A stretch of DNA of 51,206 nt from Macrostomum lignano (lineage: Eukaryota), in NCBI GenBank assembly GCA_002269645.1, contig NIVC01001972.1, positions 1-51,206 of the forward strand, given 5' to 3'. The position numbers were made by a program, and so were the translations under genes. The number at the start of each line of letters is the position of its first letter. The stretch's first letter is position 1. Below, piece after piece: positions 11,016-22,282 of the stretch. Below the pieces are notes generated by a model. That model saw only the letters and a program-made list of their open reading frames with translations. It did no database searches and was not told where the DNA came from.

Positions 11016-12309
11016 TCACTTGAACAGCTCCCGCTTAGCCCGGAAGTTCTCCTGCCGGATTCGGTCCTCTTCCTCCTTCTTCTGACGCTGGCGCTGCTCC
11101 TCGCGCAGCTCGGCCTCGTACTGGCCGCCAGCCGCGTGGATGCCGATCTTGGCCTTGAAGAAGTCCTTGGCGCCTCGCACGCCGACTTCGTCGACGCTGA
11201 CAGCCTCCACGCCGACGTATTCGGCGTACCAGGCCAGCAGGTTCTTGTGCGAGTCCAGCTGGCCGGCAGCGGCCCGCCTGAACATGCTGAGGAAGCCGCG
11301 AAAGTCCAGCCGGTTCGAGCCGGCCGGGGGAGCCTCGAAGTCGCGCATCAGCGCCTTCAGGCCCAGGTAAGTCTGCGGCGCGCCCAGCCGCTCCATCATG
11401 CGGGTCAGGTCCTCGCGGCCAAGGTAACCGTCTCTGTCGGGAGGGGGTTAGCACCGCATGCTGATTGCCTGCCGTCTCACTCTATCTGTTCTACTTCTCA
11501 ATCTACCTGTTCTACTTTTTAATCTACCTGTTCTACTTCTTAATCTACCTGCTCTAATTCTCAATCTACCTGTTCTACTTCTTAATCTACCTGCTCTACT
11601 TCTCAATCTACCTGTTCTACTTCTCAATCTACCTGCTCTACTTCTCAATCTATCTACTTTTTAGTCTACTTGCTCTACTTCTCACTCTACTTCTAAATCC
11701 ATCTCTCTAATTCCTAATCTACCTGCTTTACTTATCACTCTACTTCTCAATCCACCTGTTCTACTTCTTAATCTACCTACTTCCTAGTCTACCTGCTCTG
11801 CTTCTCAATGTACCTGTTCTACCTCTCACTCAACCTGTTCTACTTCTCATTCTACCCCTTAATCTACCTGATCTACCTTTCACTCTACCTATCTTCTCAA
11901 CTAATCTATCTACTCTACCTACTCTTACAGTAGCGACCCCGCATCAGTTCCACTTCTTGTCATTCACCCCCTCACCTGTCGCCATCGAACTCGTCGAAGG
12001 CCTCCTTCAATTTGACGACACCTTTGCGGCCAAACTCGGGGAACTCGGCGTAGGCGTTGAACTTCTTTGAGACGGGCATTCGCTTCCAAGTGACCTCGCC
12101 GTTGGGCCCGACGGACTCGATGTCGCAGCCGGCGGGCAGAGCCGCAGACGTCGAGCTTGAGCTTCGCCTACTAGAAGAGCCAGACGATGTCAATTCAGCT
12201 GGTCGCGCCTCCTGCTGCTGCTGCTGCTGAGCCTCCAGCAGCTCAGTCGGCGACTGCGGTTCCGGAGAATGGGCCAGCTTGGCTACCGCGGCCTGGAACA
12301 GCGGGGCTG
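11016..12309 (-). CDS. EFHD2: EF-hand domain protein EFHD1/EFHD2 (swiprosin) homolog
   Basis: Exons are 12309-11976 and 11433-11016 (phase-2 junction GAC AG|A GAC). Translation is ...KKFNAYAEFPEFGRK...FDEFDGDRDGYLGREDLTRMMERLGAPQTYLGLKALM...FRRAAAGQL...VDEVGVRGAKDFFKAK...EAELREEQ, matching swiprosin EF-hands plus the C-terminal coiled coil. Start is uncertain: the first in-frame ATG is 12079. EFHD1 versus EFHD2 cannot be distinguished. Confidence 0.9.
11480..11930. repeat. 21-bp intronic minisatellite in EFHD
   Basis: aatctacctg(t/c)tctacttctc units inside intron 11434-11975. Confidence 0.9.
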
Positions 12310-12330
12310 CTGCGGGTGAGCAAACTCTAC

Positions 12331-12670
12331 ACAGTCTTCTGCTTTGGGTCTTCTACTTTTCAGTGTCTTCTGCTTTGAGTCTTCTACTTCTCAGTCTTCT
12401 GTTTAGGGTCTTCTACTACTCAGTGTCTTCTGCTTTGAGTCTTCTACTTCTCAGTCTTCTGTTTAGGGTCTTCTACTTCTAAGAGTCTTCTGCTTTGGGT
12501 CTTCTGTCCACTGCTAAGAGTCTTCTACTTTGGGTCTTCTGTCCACTGCTAAAAGTCTTCTGCTTTGGGTCTTCTGTCCACTGCTAAAAGTCTTCTGCTT
12601 TGGGTCTTCTGTCCACTGCTAAGAGTCTTCTGCTTTGGGTCTTCTACTTCTCAGAGTTTTCTGCTTTAAG
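12331..12670. repeat. Variable-length intronic repeat built on gtcttct
   Basis: gtcttctgctttgggtcttct... units upstream of the EFHD acceptor at 12310. Confidence 0.85.
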
Positions 12671-12750
12671 CCTTCTACTCTCGGTAATCCAGAAATGATC
12701 TACAGTCACCCTAGTCCCCTCTACCTAAAATCCCCAAAAAACAAACTTAC

Positions 12751-12930
12751 GTTAAACGACAACGAAAGAAAACTCAAGAACAAGGAAGCTTAATTAGCTT
12801 GCGGATGGCTTAGGGGCTCCTATGCAAAACGCACACAATAACAGGAGCAGATTATTTATAGACACACACACTCGCTCCGAGAGACACTGCATCCAAGCTA
12901 CGCAGAGCAAGTTCCTATTTATATACTTCT
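12751..12930 (-). promoter_or_regulatory. Candidate TATA promoter and non-coding first exon of EFHD
   Basis: Minus-strand TATAAATA-like boxes at ~12851-12860 and ~12915-12926, and a GTAAGT donor immediately below 12751. Confidence 0.35.
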
Positions 12931-13574
12931 GGCTGTGTACAACTAACTAAACTGCCCGTGGGCAGGGTGTGTGTGGGTGAGATACTGAGGAACGAAGGCT
13001 TAGCCGAAGTTCTAAACACACAGGGTGCCCCCCACTAACTTCTAGACCGTATAAAGCCTCAAAACCATATCAACGTGTTTATAGATATAGGCATAGCCGC
13101 ACATAGCACGTCGGCTATTAAACCAATAACCAAAAGATTTAGCAAAACCGGAAACGGCAAGATTAATTATGAACCATAACTGGCCAGCTCGCATGACAGA
13201 AAGTTAATTTCTAATGGATTATCAATTGCTTAAATCTCTTCACAAAGTCACACGTAAACAGGTCTGAACAGTCATGGCAAAAGCAAATTCAACAGTAAAC
13301 AGAAAAGAAATAAACTTCACCTACTATAAGGCTATAGCGAAACTGTTTCTAAGATAGATTTATAACACAAATGATCAAGCAAAAATTTAATTCAATTTCA
13401 CATCGATCGATCGAGCATACATTTTAACTCCTCTATGAAGTTTTTAACGGATCGATAACAGGATATTGTATTTACATTTTAATTCTGACATTTACTCGAT
13501 AAAAGCAGCAACTAAAACCATCGAGTTATACGTGAAAATATTCTTTGCCAGTGAAAGATCGGGAATCCAACTGT

Positions 13575-14480
13575 GATGTCTGGGAGATTTGGAAGTGAGA
13601 TTTGGGAGATCTGGAAGTGACATTTGTGGGATTTGGGATGTGAGATTTGTGGGATCTGGGAAGTGAGATTTGTGGGATCTGGAAATGAGATTTGTGGATT
13701 GTGGGATCAGGAAATGAGATTTGTGGATTGTGGGATCTGGAAATGAGATTTGTGGATTGTGGGATCTGGAAATGAGATTTGTGGGATCTGGAAGTGAAAT
13801 TTGTGGGATTTGGGAAGTGAGATTTATGGGATCTGGGAAGTGAGATTTGTGGTATCTGGAAATGAGATTTGTGGGATCTGGGAAGTGAGATTTGTGGGAT
13901 CTGGGAAGTGAGATTTGTGGGATCTGGGATGTGAGATTTGTGGGATCTGGGAAGTGAGATTTGTGGGATCTGGAAATGAGATTTGTGGATTGTGGGATCT
14001 GGAAATGAGATTTGTGGATTGTGGGATCTGGAAATGAGATTTGTGGATTGTGGGATCTGGAAATGAGATTTGTGGATTGTGGGATCTGGAAATGAGATTT
14101 GTGGATTGTGGGATCTGGAAATGAGATTTGTGGGATCTGGAAGTGAAATTTGTGGGATTTGGGAAGTGAGATTTATGGGATCTGGGAAGTGAGATTTGTG
14201 GGATCTGAGAAGTGAGATTTGTGGGATCTGGGAAGTGAGATTTGAGGGATCTGGGATGTGAGATTTGTGGGATCTGGGAAGTGAGATTTGAGGGATCTGG
14301 GATGTGAGATTTGTGGGATCTGGAAATGAGGTTTTTGGGATCGGGAAGTGATATTTGCGAGATCTGGGAAGTGATATTTGGGGGATCTGGAAGTTAGTTT
14401 GGGAGATCTGGAAGAGAGATTTGGGAGATCTGGGAAGTGAGATTTGTGGGATCTGGAAGTGAGATATGCGAGATCGTTGG
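13575..14480. repeat. ~22-30-bp G-rich minisatellite
   Basis: gagatttgtgggatctgg(g)aagt units with tgtggat insertions. Confidence 0.92.
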
Positions 14481-14567
14481 GGACCTGAGTGTGGAATTTA
14501 TGGATCTAGATTGAATGGGGATGCAGAAGTACCTCGCCTAGAAAGCAGTCAGCGAAGCCTCATCATG

Positions 14568-17500
14568 TCAGGCCGCACTGCTTGACCCCTCGGCAGCGCA
14601 GTGCACAAAGTCGGAGCGCACGCAAATTTTCTCAACGGCCTCCTCAGAGTCGATCTCCTGACAGTCCCTGTCATCGGAGGGCGGCGCTTCAAACCGCCAG
14701 CTGAGCAGCAGGTGGCCGCGGGTGCCCGTAGCCAGCAGTAGCAGCGGCTGACGGCGACACGGCGAGGCGTCGAGGCCGTCGTCAAACCAGCTTGGCGCGG
14801 CCCAGGGCGCCGGCAGGGGCACGCAGAGCGGCTCCAGCAGCACCATCTGGAGCAGGCTGGACAGCCCGATGACTGACAGCGGCCTGCGCCAGCCGGGCCT
14901 GTGCAGGGCGAGGCCCAGTCCCACCGAGGCGGAGATGCCCAAAATGGCGAAGAATTTGGCTCCGTAGCCGCACAGCAGGATGTCCTGGGAGATGGGAGTT
15001 CGAGTTTACTTTGCGCTTGATTCACAATTTACTATTTTCGGTGACTGTCTAAAATGTGATACTTGCCTGTTACACTCGTGACCATCAAGTGTGATCGCAA
15101 TTGGATCTTTAATAATAATGTGACCCTGCAATGTGACCGTCAAATAAATGGTCACTCTAGTGTGACCGTTAATGTGACCGTCAAAAGACAAAAAGACCGT
15201 CATTGTGACCCTTGTGTTAATTTAGGTAGATTTAGGAAAACATAAACGTCAAAAACGAACAAGCTGGTAGGTAGGAGTGACCGTGAGTGACGATAAAATG
15301 ATTTGCATATTTTGACGGTCACATTAGAGGGTCACAAAGCCAAAATGTGACCGTCCCAGTTTTATCGCATTTAAAAATCGCATTGATTCTAAGAAATACA
15401 TTCTAAGAATGGAAAATTCCATTATTGATTACTGAGATGCAAATTTTCCTATTGATATTCTTGAAATCGGAATTCCTGAACTTATTTTATGAATTAAGAA
15501 TTCTCCCCTCGATTCTAAAAATGAAAAATTCCCCACTGATTATTAGATGGAAACTTTTCTATTGATTATAATAATGAAAAATTCCCTATCGATTCTACGA
15601 GCTATTAATGGACAGTTCCCTATCGATTCTAGGAATGGACAATTCCCTATCGATTCTACGAGCTATTAATGGACAATTGCCAATCGATTCCAGGAATGGA
15701 CAATTGCCTATCGATTCCAGGAATGGACAATTCCCTATCGATTCCAGGAATGGAAAATTCCCCTATCGATTCCAGGAATGGACAATTCCCTATCGATTCC
15801 AGGAATGGAAAATTCCCCTATCGATTCCAGGAATGGACAATTCCCTATCGATTCAAGGAATGGAAAATTCCCTATCGATTCAAGGAATGGAAAATTCCCT
15901 ATCGATTCCAGGAATGGACAATTCCCTATCGATTCCAGGAATGGAAAATTCCCCTATCGATTCCAGGAATGGACAATTCCCTATCGATTCCAGGAATGGA
16001 CAATTCCCTATCGATTCCAGGAATGGACAATTCCCTATCGATTCCAGGAATGGACAATTCCCTATCGATTCCAGGAATGGAAAATTCCCCTATCGATTCC
16101 AGGAATGGACAATTCCCTATCGATTCCAGGAATGGACAATTCCCTATCGATTCCAGGAATGGACAATTCCCTTTCGATTTTAGGAACCGCAGACAGCCAG
16201 GGGGAGCCAGGATAATCAATGTCAGCGGCGGTAACCTACCTCAGACTGGAAGGTCCTCTCGTATTCGAAGGACTCCTCCATCACCAGCTTGCCGGCCTGG
16301 TGGTCACCGCCGTCGAGCACGCGGTGCCGGACAACTAGAAGAGACGAGCGGCGCTCTGACAAGCCAACGTGCGCCTTAATCGCCATGGTAACCAGCTGGC
16401 GGCACTCGGTGGCGGTAGCGACGGCCGGCCGGCTCCACCGCAGGAATCCCTTCAAAGGCCGCTGCCAAGTCAACCGATCGGTTAGTCGGATACTGCGACA
16501 CCCGACTTCAACGACAGTCACCAGGGATTCACGACGAGTCAGTGCAGCGTAGTAAAACTGACGCTGATTGGCCAGCCGTGTTGGGCCGACGGAAATCAGG
16601 CGATTGCGGCGGAACAGATCGCCGGCGTCGCTGTGCAGAGTAGCGGCAGCGTCGGGCACTTGAAGCACCGGCGGCTGAGGCTGCGATTGGCACCATTGAG
16701 TTGAGGCGTTTGGCGATGGACGAGGCTGCGGCGGCAGCGACCAGAGCAGCAGACGGTTGAGGCTTGTGAGAAGCAGCACCTGGGGAATTGTCAGTGAGCA
16801 GAACTACAGAACTAGGCTCAGCTTCTCCTGACATGGCTCAGCTACTCGACAAGACTCAGCTTCTCCTGACATGGCTCAGCTACTCCTGACAGCTCAGCTT
16901 CTCCTGACATGGCTCAGCTTCTCCTGACATGGCTCAGCTTCTCCTGACATGGCTCAGCTACTCCTGACATGGCTCAGCTTCTCGACATGGCTCAGCTTCT
17001 CCTGACATGGCTCAGCTACTCCTGACAGCTCAGCTACTCCTGACATGGCTCAGCTTCTCCTGACATGGCTCAGCTTCTCGACATGGCTCAGCTTCTCCTG
17101 ACATGGCTCAGCTACTCCTGACAGCTCAGCTACTCCTGACATGGCTCAGCTACTCCTGACGGTTCAGCTACTCCTGACGGTTCAGATACTCCTGACGGTT
17201 CAGATACTCCTGACGGCTCAGCTACTCCTGACATGGTTCAGCTACTCCTGACGGTTCAGATACTCCTGACGGTTCAGCTACTCCTGACGGCTCAGCTACT
17301 CCTGACATGGCTCAGCTACTCCTGACAGCTCAGCTACTCCTGACATGGCTCAGCTTCTCCTGACATGGCTCAGCTACTCCTGACGGCTCAGCTACTCCTG
17401 ACATGGCTCAGCTACTCCTGACCTACCTAAGACACTCCTGACCTACCTTAGACATTACTGACCTACCTTAGGCACTCCTGACCTACCTTAGACACTACTG

Positions 17501-20500
17501 ACCTACCTTAGGCACTCCTGACCTACCTAAGACACTAATGACCAACCTTACACACTTCTGGCCTACCTTAAACACTCTTGGCCTACCTTACACACTTCTG
17601 ACCTACCTTAGACACTCCTGACCTACCTTAGATACTCCTGACCTATCTAAGACACTCCTGACCTATTATAGACACTCCTGACCTACATTTGACGCTCTTG
17701 ACCTACATTAGACGCTCTTGAGCTACATTAGACACTCCTGACCTACCTAAGACACTCTTGACCTACATTAGACGCTCTTGAGCTACATTAGACACTCCTG
17801 ACCTACCTAAGACACTCCTGACCTACTTTAGGCACTCCTGACCTGCCTAAGACACTCCTGACCTACCTTAGGCACTCCTGACCTGCCTAAGACACTCCTG
17901 ACCTACCTTAGGCACTCCTGACCTGCCTAAGACACTCCTGACCTACCTTAGGCACTCCTGACCTGCCTAAGACACTCCTGACCTACCTTAGGCACTCCTG
18001 ACCTTCCTAAGACATATGACACACGATAAAGTTAATTCAAGCCAGCGCAAGTCCTCGTATTTCCTACCTGAACGCGACCGCATGCGCCGCACACGTGGGC
18101 GGCCGTAGCTGATACCCTCTCGCCGTCAGTTAGCCGAATAAACGCCAACGGCGTTGCATCAACCGACGCCAGAGTGGTGCCGGCGTCGGCCAGAGACACT
18201 ACAGCGTGCAGTCCGCCGCCAGCTGGCCCGGCAACCAGCACGGCCAGCTGGGAGTCCCGACAGTAGCCGTTCGCCCTGGCGTTGGCGTTGGCCCGGCCGG
18301 CCGGGGAGAAGCCGCTCACGTGAAGCCGTCGAAATCGAACCCGCTGAGTCGATGGTTCGAAATAGTCGAGTAGCAGCTCAGCGTCGGAACTGCTGAACGG
18401 GTTCGAGTGCACCGTCTGGCGGGAGGGAGGGGAGAGAATGGCATTTGTAATAATGGCGGATTAAAACATATCCAATAAAGTCCTTTCTGATTAACATGGA
18501 GCATTTCTTTGAAAACCATAAAACTGAGTACAGTTTAAACATTGATTCTTTAAAAACTTCAAATTTCCATTTGATTGTAACAATGGAAGGTTTATCAATT
18601 TTAAGAATAAAAAATTCCCTGTTGATTCTAGGAATAGAAAATTACCTGTCAATTCTAAGAATAGAAAATTCCCCGTTGATTTTAAGAATAGAAAATTCCC
18701 AGTTGATTCTAAGAATAGAAAATTCCCCACTGATTCTAGGAATAGAAAATTCCCCGTTGATTTTAAGAATAGAAAATTCCCTGTTGATTCTAAGAATAGA
18801 AAATTCCCAGTTGATTTTAAAAATAGAAAATTACCCGTTGATTCTAGGAAAAAATACCAAACGATTCTAGGAATAAAAAATCCCCATCGATTCTAGGAAT
18901 AAAAAATCCCCATCGATTCTAGGAATAAAAAATCCCCATCGATTCTAGGAATAAAAAATCCCCATCGATTCTAGGAATAAAAAATCCCCATCGATTCTAG
19001 GAATAAAAAATCCCCATTGATTCTAGGAATAAAAAATCCCCATTGATTCTAGGAATAAAAAATCCCCATCGATTCTAGGAATAAAAAATCCCCATCGATT
19101 CTAGGAATAAAAAATCCCCATCGATTCTAGGAATAAAAAATCCCCATTGATTCTAGGAATAAAAAATCCCCATTGATTCTAGGAATAAAAAATCCCCATC
19201 GATTCTAGGAATAAAAAATCCCCATTGACTCTAGGAATAAAAAATCCCCATCGATTCTAGGAATAAAAAATCCCCATCGATTCTAGGAATAAAAAATCCC
19301 CATCGATTCTAGTAATAAAAAATCCCCATTGATTCTAGGAATAAAAAATCCCCATTGATTCTAGGAATAAAAAATCCCCATCGATTCTAGGAATAAAAAA
19401 TCCCCATTGATTCTAGGAATAAAAAATCCCCATCGATTCTAGGAATAAAAAATCCCCATCGATTCTAGGAATAAAAAATCCCCATCGATTCTAGGAATAA
19501 AAAATCCCCATCGATTCTAGGAATAAAAAATCCCCATTGATTCTAGGAATAAAAAATCCCCATCGATTCTAGGAATAAAAAATCCCCATTGATTCTAGGA
19601 ATAAAAAATCCCCATTGATTCTAGGAATAAAAAATCCCCATCGATTCTAGGAATAAAAAATCCCCATTGACTCTAGGAATAAAAAATCCCCATCGATTCT
19701 AGGAATAAAAAATCCCCATCGATTCTAGGAATAAAAAATCCCGTCTATTCTAGTCATGGAAAATTCCCCATTGATTTTAGGAATATAAAAGTTCCACTGA
19801 TTCTAGTATACAAAAAGCCACAGGTATTTTTGAATATTGAAGACTGATTAAAAAAGGAAAAAATGAAGTAAATTAGTTCATGCAATTAACAGAACACAGA
19901 AAAATTGAATTTCTAGAAGCATAGCGAAGCTAAGAAAGTTATGAAAATTTGTAACATCTATTAAGCGCAATAGCAAGTGAAATGCAATGACAATTATAAA
20001 AAAAACTGTTTTCTCACCAACTAAACCTAACCACAAAATCACGCAAAAAGAGGCTGGCCTGATTGCTGGCCAAGCTAAAATGCCGTGCTAGTATAGAGAT
20101 AGATAGATAATGTAGCCAAGCTGGCTTGCATTCCATGTGGCATAACATACACGCGAATATGCTTTCCACGGGAAAAATGTGGATAGATTTATCTAACATA
20201 AAACTCTGATGCAAAATCAACAAATTAGTTTGATAAGCGTGCAGCCCGGAATGCTGGCACAAAAGGAAATGGTTATTAACTCAAGTAGGTAGGCACAGGG
20301 GTACCAAATATAGATAAAACAGGCAACGATTTCCTACACTTAAAGTTATTTTGATAAGCAGACAGATTGCGTTGCGCGCATCATCTACTGCTAGTAGAAA
20401 TATGAGCATTTTTCTACAAAATATTTCAATTGAAAATTTAAAATACAACTTCCCCCCCCCCTATTCAGCCGCTGCTGGTAGGTCGGGTTTTGCAGCTTTG

Positions 20501-21957
20501 GAAGATGGCAACTCGCAACTCAACCATATAGCAGATTGGTCTAGACCTCAGCTTATTCTCTGTACAGCCTCTGAGTGCGTGTGCTCAGGAGCCATCGGTT
20601 AGTTAGTCAGTTAGCAATTGTGCATTGATTGGGGCTTTGGGAGCTGCCGCAGACAAAGGCGACTGTTTTGAAGGATGACGCAAGCAGCCTATTGATTGAT
20701 TCAGATACTTCTTTAGTTACAGGCACAGATACTAGAATAACTAGATGGGCCAAATTTACGCGTAAACTACTTTCAGTTCAGTAGTAAGTTAAACAGAAGC
20801 ATTTTAATGCATTTTTAAAGCCAAGACTCATTTATTGGCTCTTACCCCCAGTCTAAACCCTCCAACTGCGCCTTTCAACACTACCCCCCCCCTCCGCCCC
20901 GCCCCAATTTTTATTGCCTTTCTCGGAATTCCAGCCTAAATCTGCCATGTACATTTCAGAGGACTGGCTAATGTACATTATTTCTGAGCCAATTAGCAAG
21001 TTGTTTACGCCTGCAAGCTTGGGCTTCTAAACTTATCGAAGTCATTTCAGCTGCCTTTAATTCTATAAAATAGCGCATGAATTCTTTTTTGATACTGAAC
21101 TTAAATTAGAAATCTGTTTTACTAAGTATATGTGCCTTTAGTGGCCCATCCAGTTATTCTAGTAGCTGTGGTTACAGGCAGTAGGGCCCTGTGCACCCTA
21201 GCGCACCTTAAGCGACATTGTCCCACAGCCCATTCCGCCGACTCCCCCGAGCAGGCACACACTCACACAGGAGTGTACAGCGGCCCTAACTTTATTTATC
21301 GTTAGGCATGTACACTTCACTGTGCCTTGGGGGTTGGTCTTCAAGGCCGTTAATTGCACGAGCAGAGCCAAGCTGAGATTTTAATTTAGCGCCAATGTGA
21401 CTGCACTTAGGAATCGAGACTGGGCCGCTGGCACCTCAGAGCGCTTATTAACTGCTTACCAGGCCAACCAGCGTCCGCTCATGGTCTTCATCAGTTTCAG
21501 AGGCGCCATCGCTGGCAACGGCGCCAAGATCGGGGCCGAACGCCACCTCAGAGCAGGTGAGGTGGCTGTCGCCAAGCAGCCGGGCAACCCGCCGCCTAGC
21601 CAGCTCGGGCTTCTCTGCTGCACTGCCGTCAGCATTGCCTGGCGGATCCCGCAGGCCGAGCCGCCGGCCCAGCCGCAGCCAGAGCCCGTCGTCCTCGTCA
21701 ATACGCCGGCGCCATCGGCTGCAGACCAGCCGACAGTTTGCCAGATCGCCGGGCGCCAGCAGGCCAAGCAGGCGATCCTGCAGCTCAGGCGGCAGCCGGG
21801 TGCCGCACAGCGGATCGAGCAGGCGGCTCAGCCGGGCGGAGCAGCTGTTGAACAGCTGTTGAAGCCCGGCTATGGACAGCTGGTCAACCGCTGCCAGCGC
21901 CTGCGACAACAGTGCCGCATCGCTGTTGACGTCACTGGAGGCGTTGTGATTGATCAT
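14568..21957 (-). CDS. F-box protein with uncharacterised C-terminal region, 4 exons, ~600 aa
   Basis: Exons are 21957-21460, 18415-18068, 16779-16240 and 14984-14568. All are joined in phase 0 by canonical GT/AG sites (CTG|GTAAGC, ccag|ACG, CAG|GTAGGA, ccag|GTG, GAG|GTAGGT, ccag|GAC) with an open frame throughout. F-box motif: LPPELQDRLLGLLAPGDLANCRLVCSRWRRRIDEDDGLW. The first ATG is at 21957; the track start at 22008 is GTG. Confidence 0.8.
15030..15360. repeat. Cluster of gtgaccgtc motifs in both orientations
   Basis: Many (t)gtgaccgt / acggtcac copies, like subterminal repeats of a non-autonomous element. Confidence 0.4.
15390..16180. repeat. 27/28-bp intronic minisatellite (F-box intron 3)
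   Basis: ggacaattccctatcgattccaggaat unit, homogeneous on the right and degenerate on the left. Confidence 0.93.
16810..18012. repeat. Two abutting 20-bp arrays in F-box intron 2
   Basis: ggctcagct(a/t)ctcctgacat (~16810-17420) switches to gacactcctgacctacctaa (~17420-18012). The two share the core ctcctgac. Confidence 0.93.
18590..19790. repeat. 26-bp intronic minisatellite (F-box intron 1)
   Basis: aaaaaatccccat(c/t)gattctaggaat unit with period 26. Confidence 0.95.
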
Positions 21958-22282
21958 CCTTGCCCAGCTGCAACTGGAGCCGATCTGGGATGCTTGCAGT
22001 GCTGCCACTCGCAGAATCTAATTATTCGCGACTCACCCACTAGGAGATGAAGCGATTTTACTGGGGCATGGGATACCACATGCGCAACACCCAGCCGATC
22101 CAGTCAAACCGAAAGGCGTAGAACTAATTATATGACGAGGCATTTAGCCTTAATAATACTGTTAAAGCTATTCCTGCCGTTTACCCAGTCAATTTTTGCG
22201 GTTTTCTTTCATTGATAAGCCAAATTTTAGGTCAAAAAGTAAGTCGCACGGCCGGTGTAAACTAGGGGGTTGCGCATGTATG

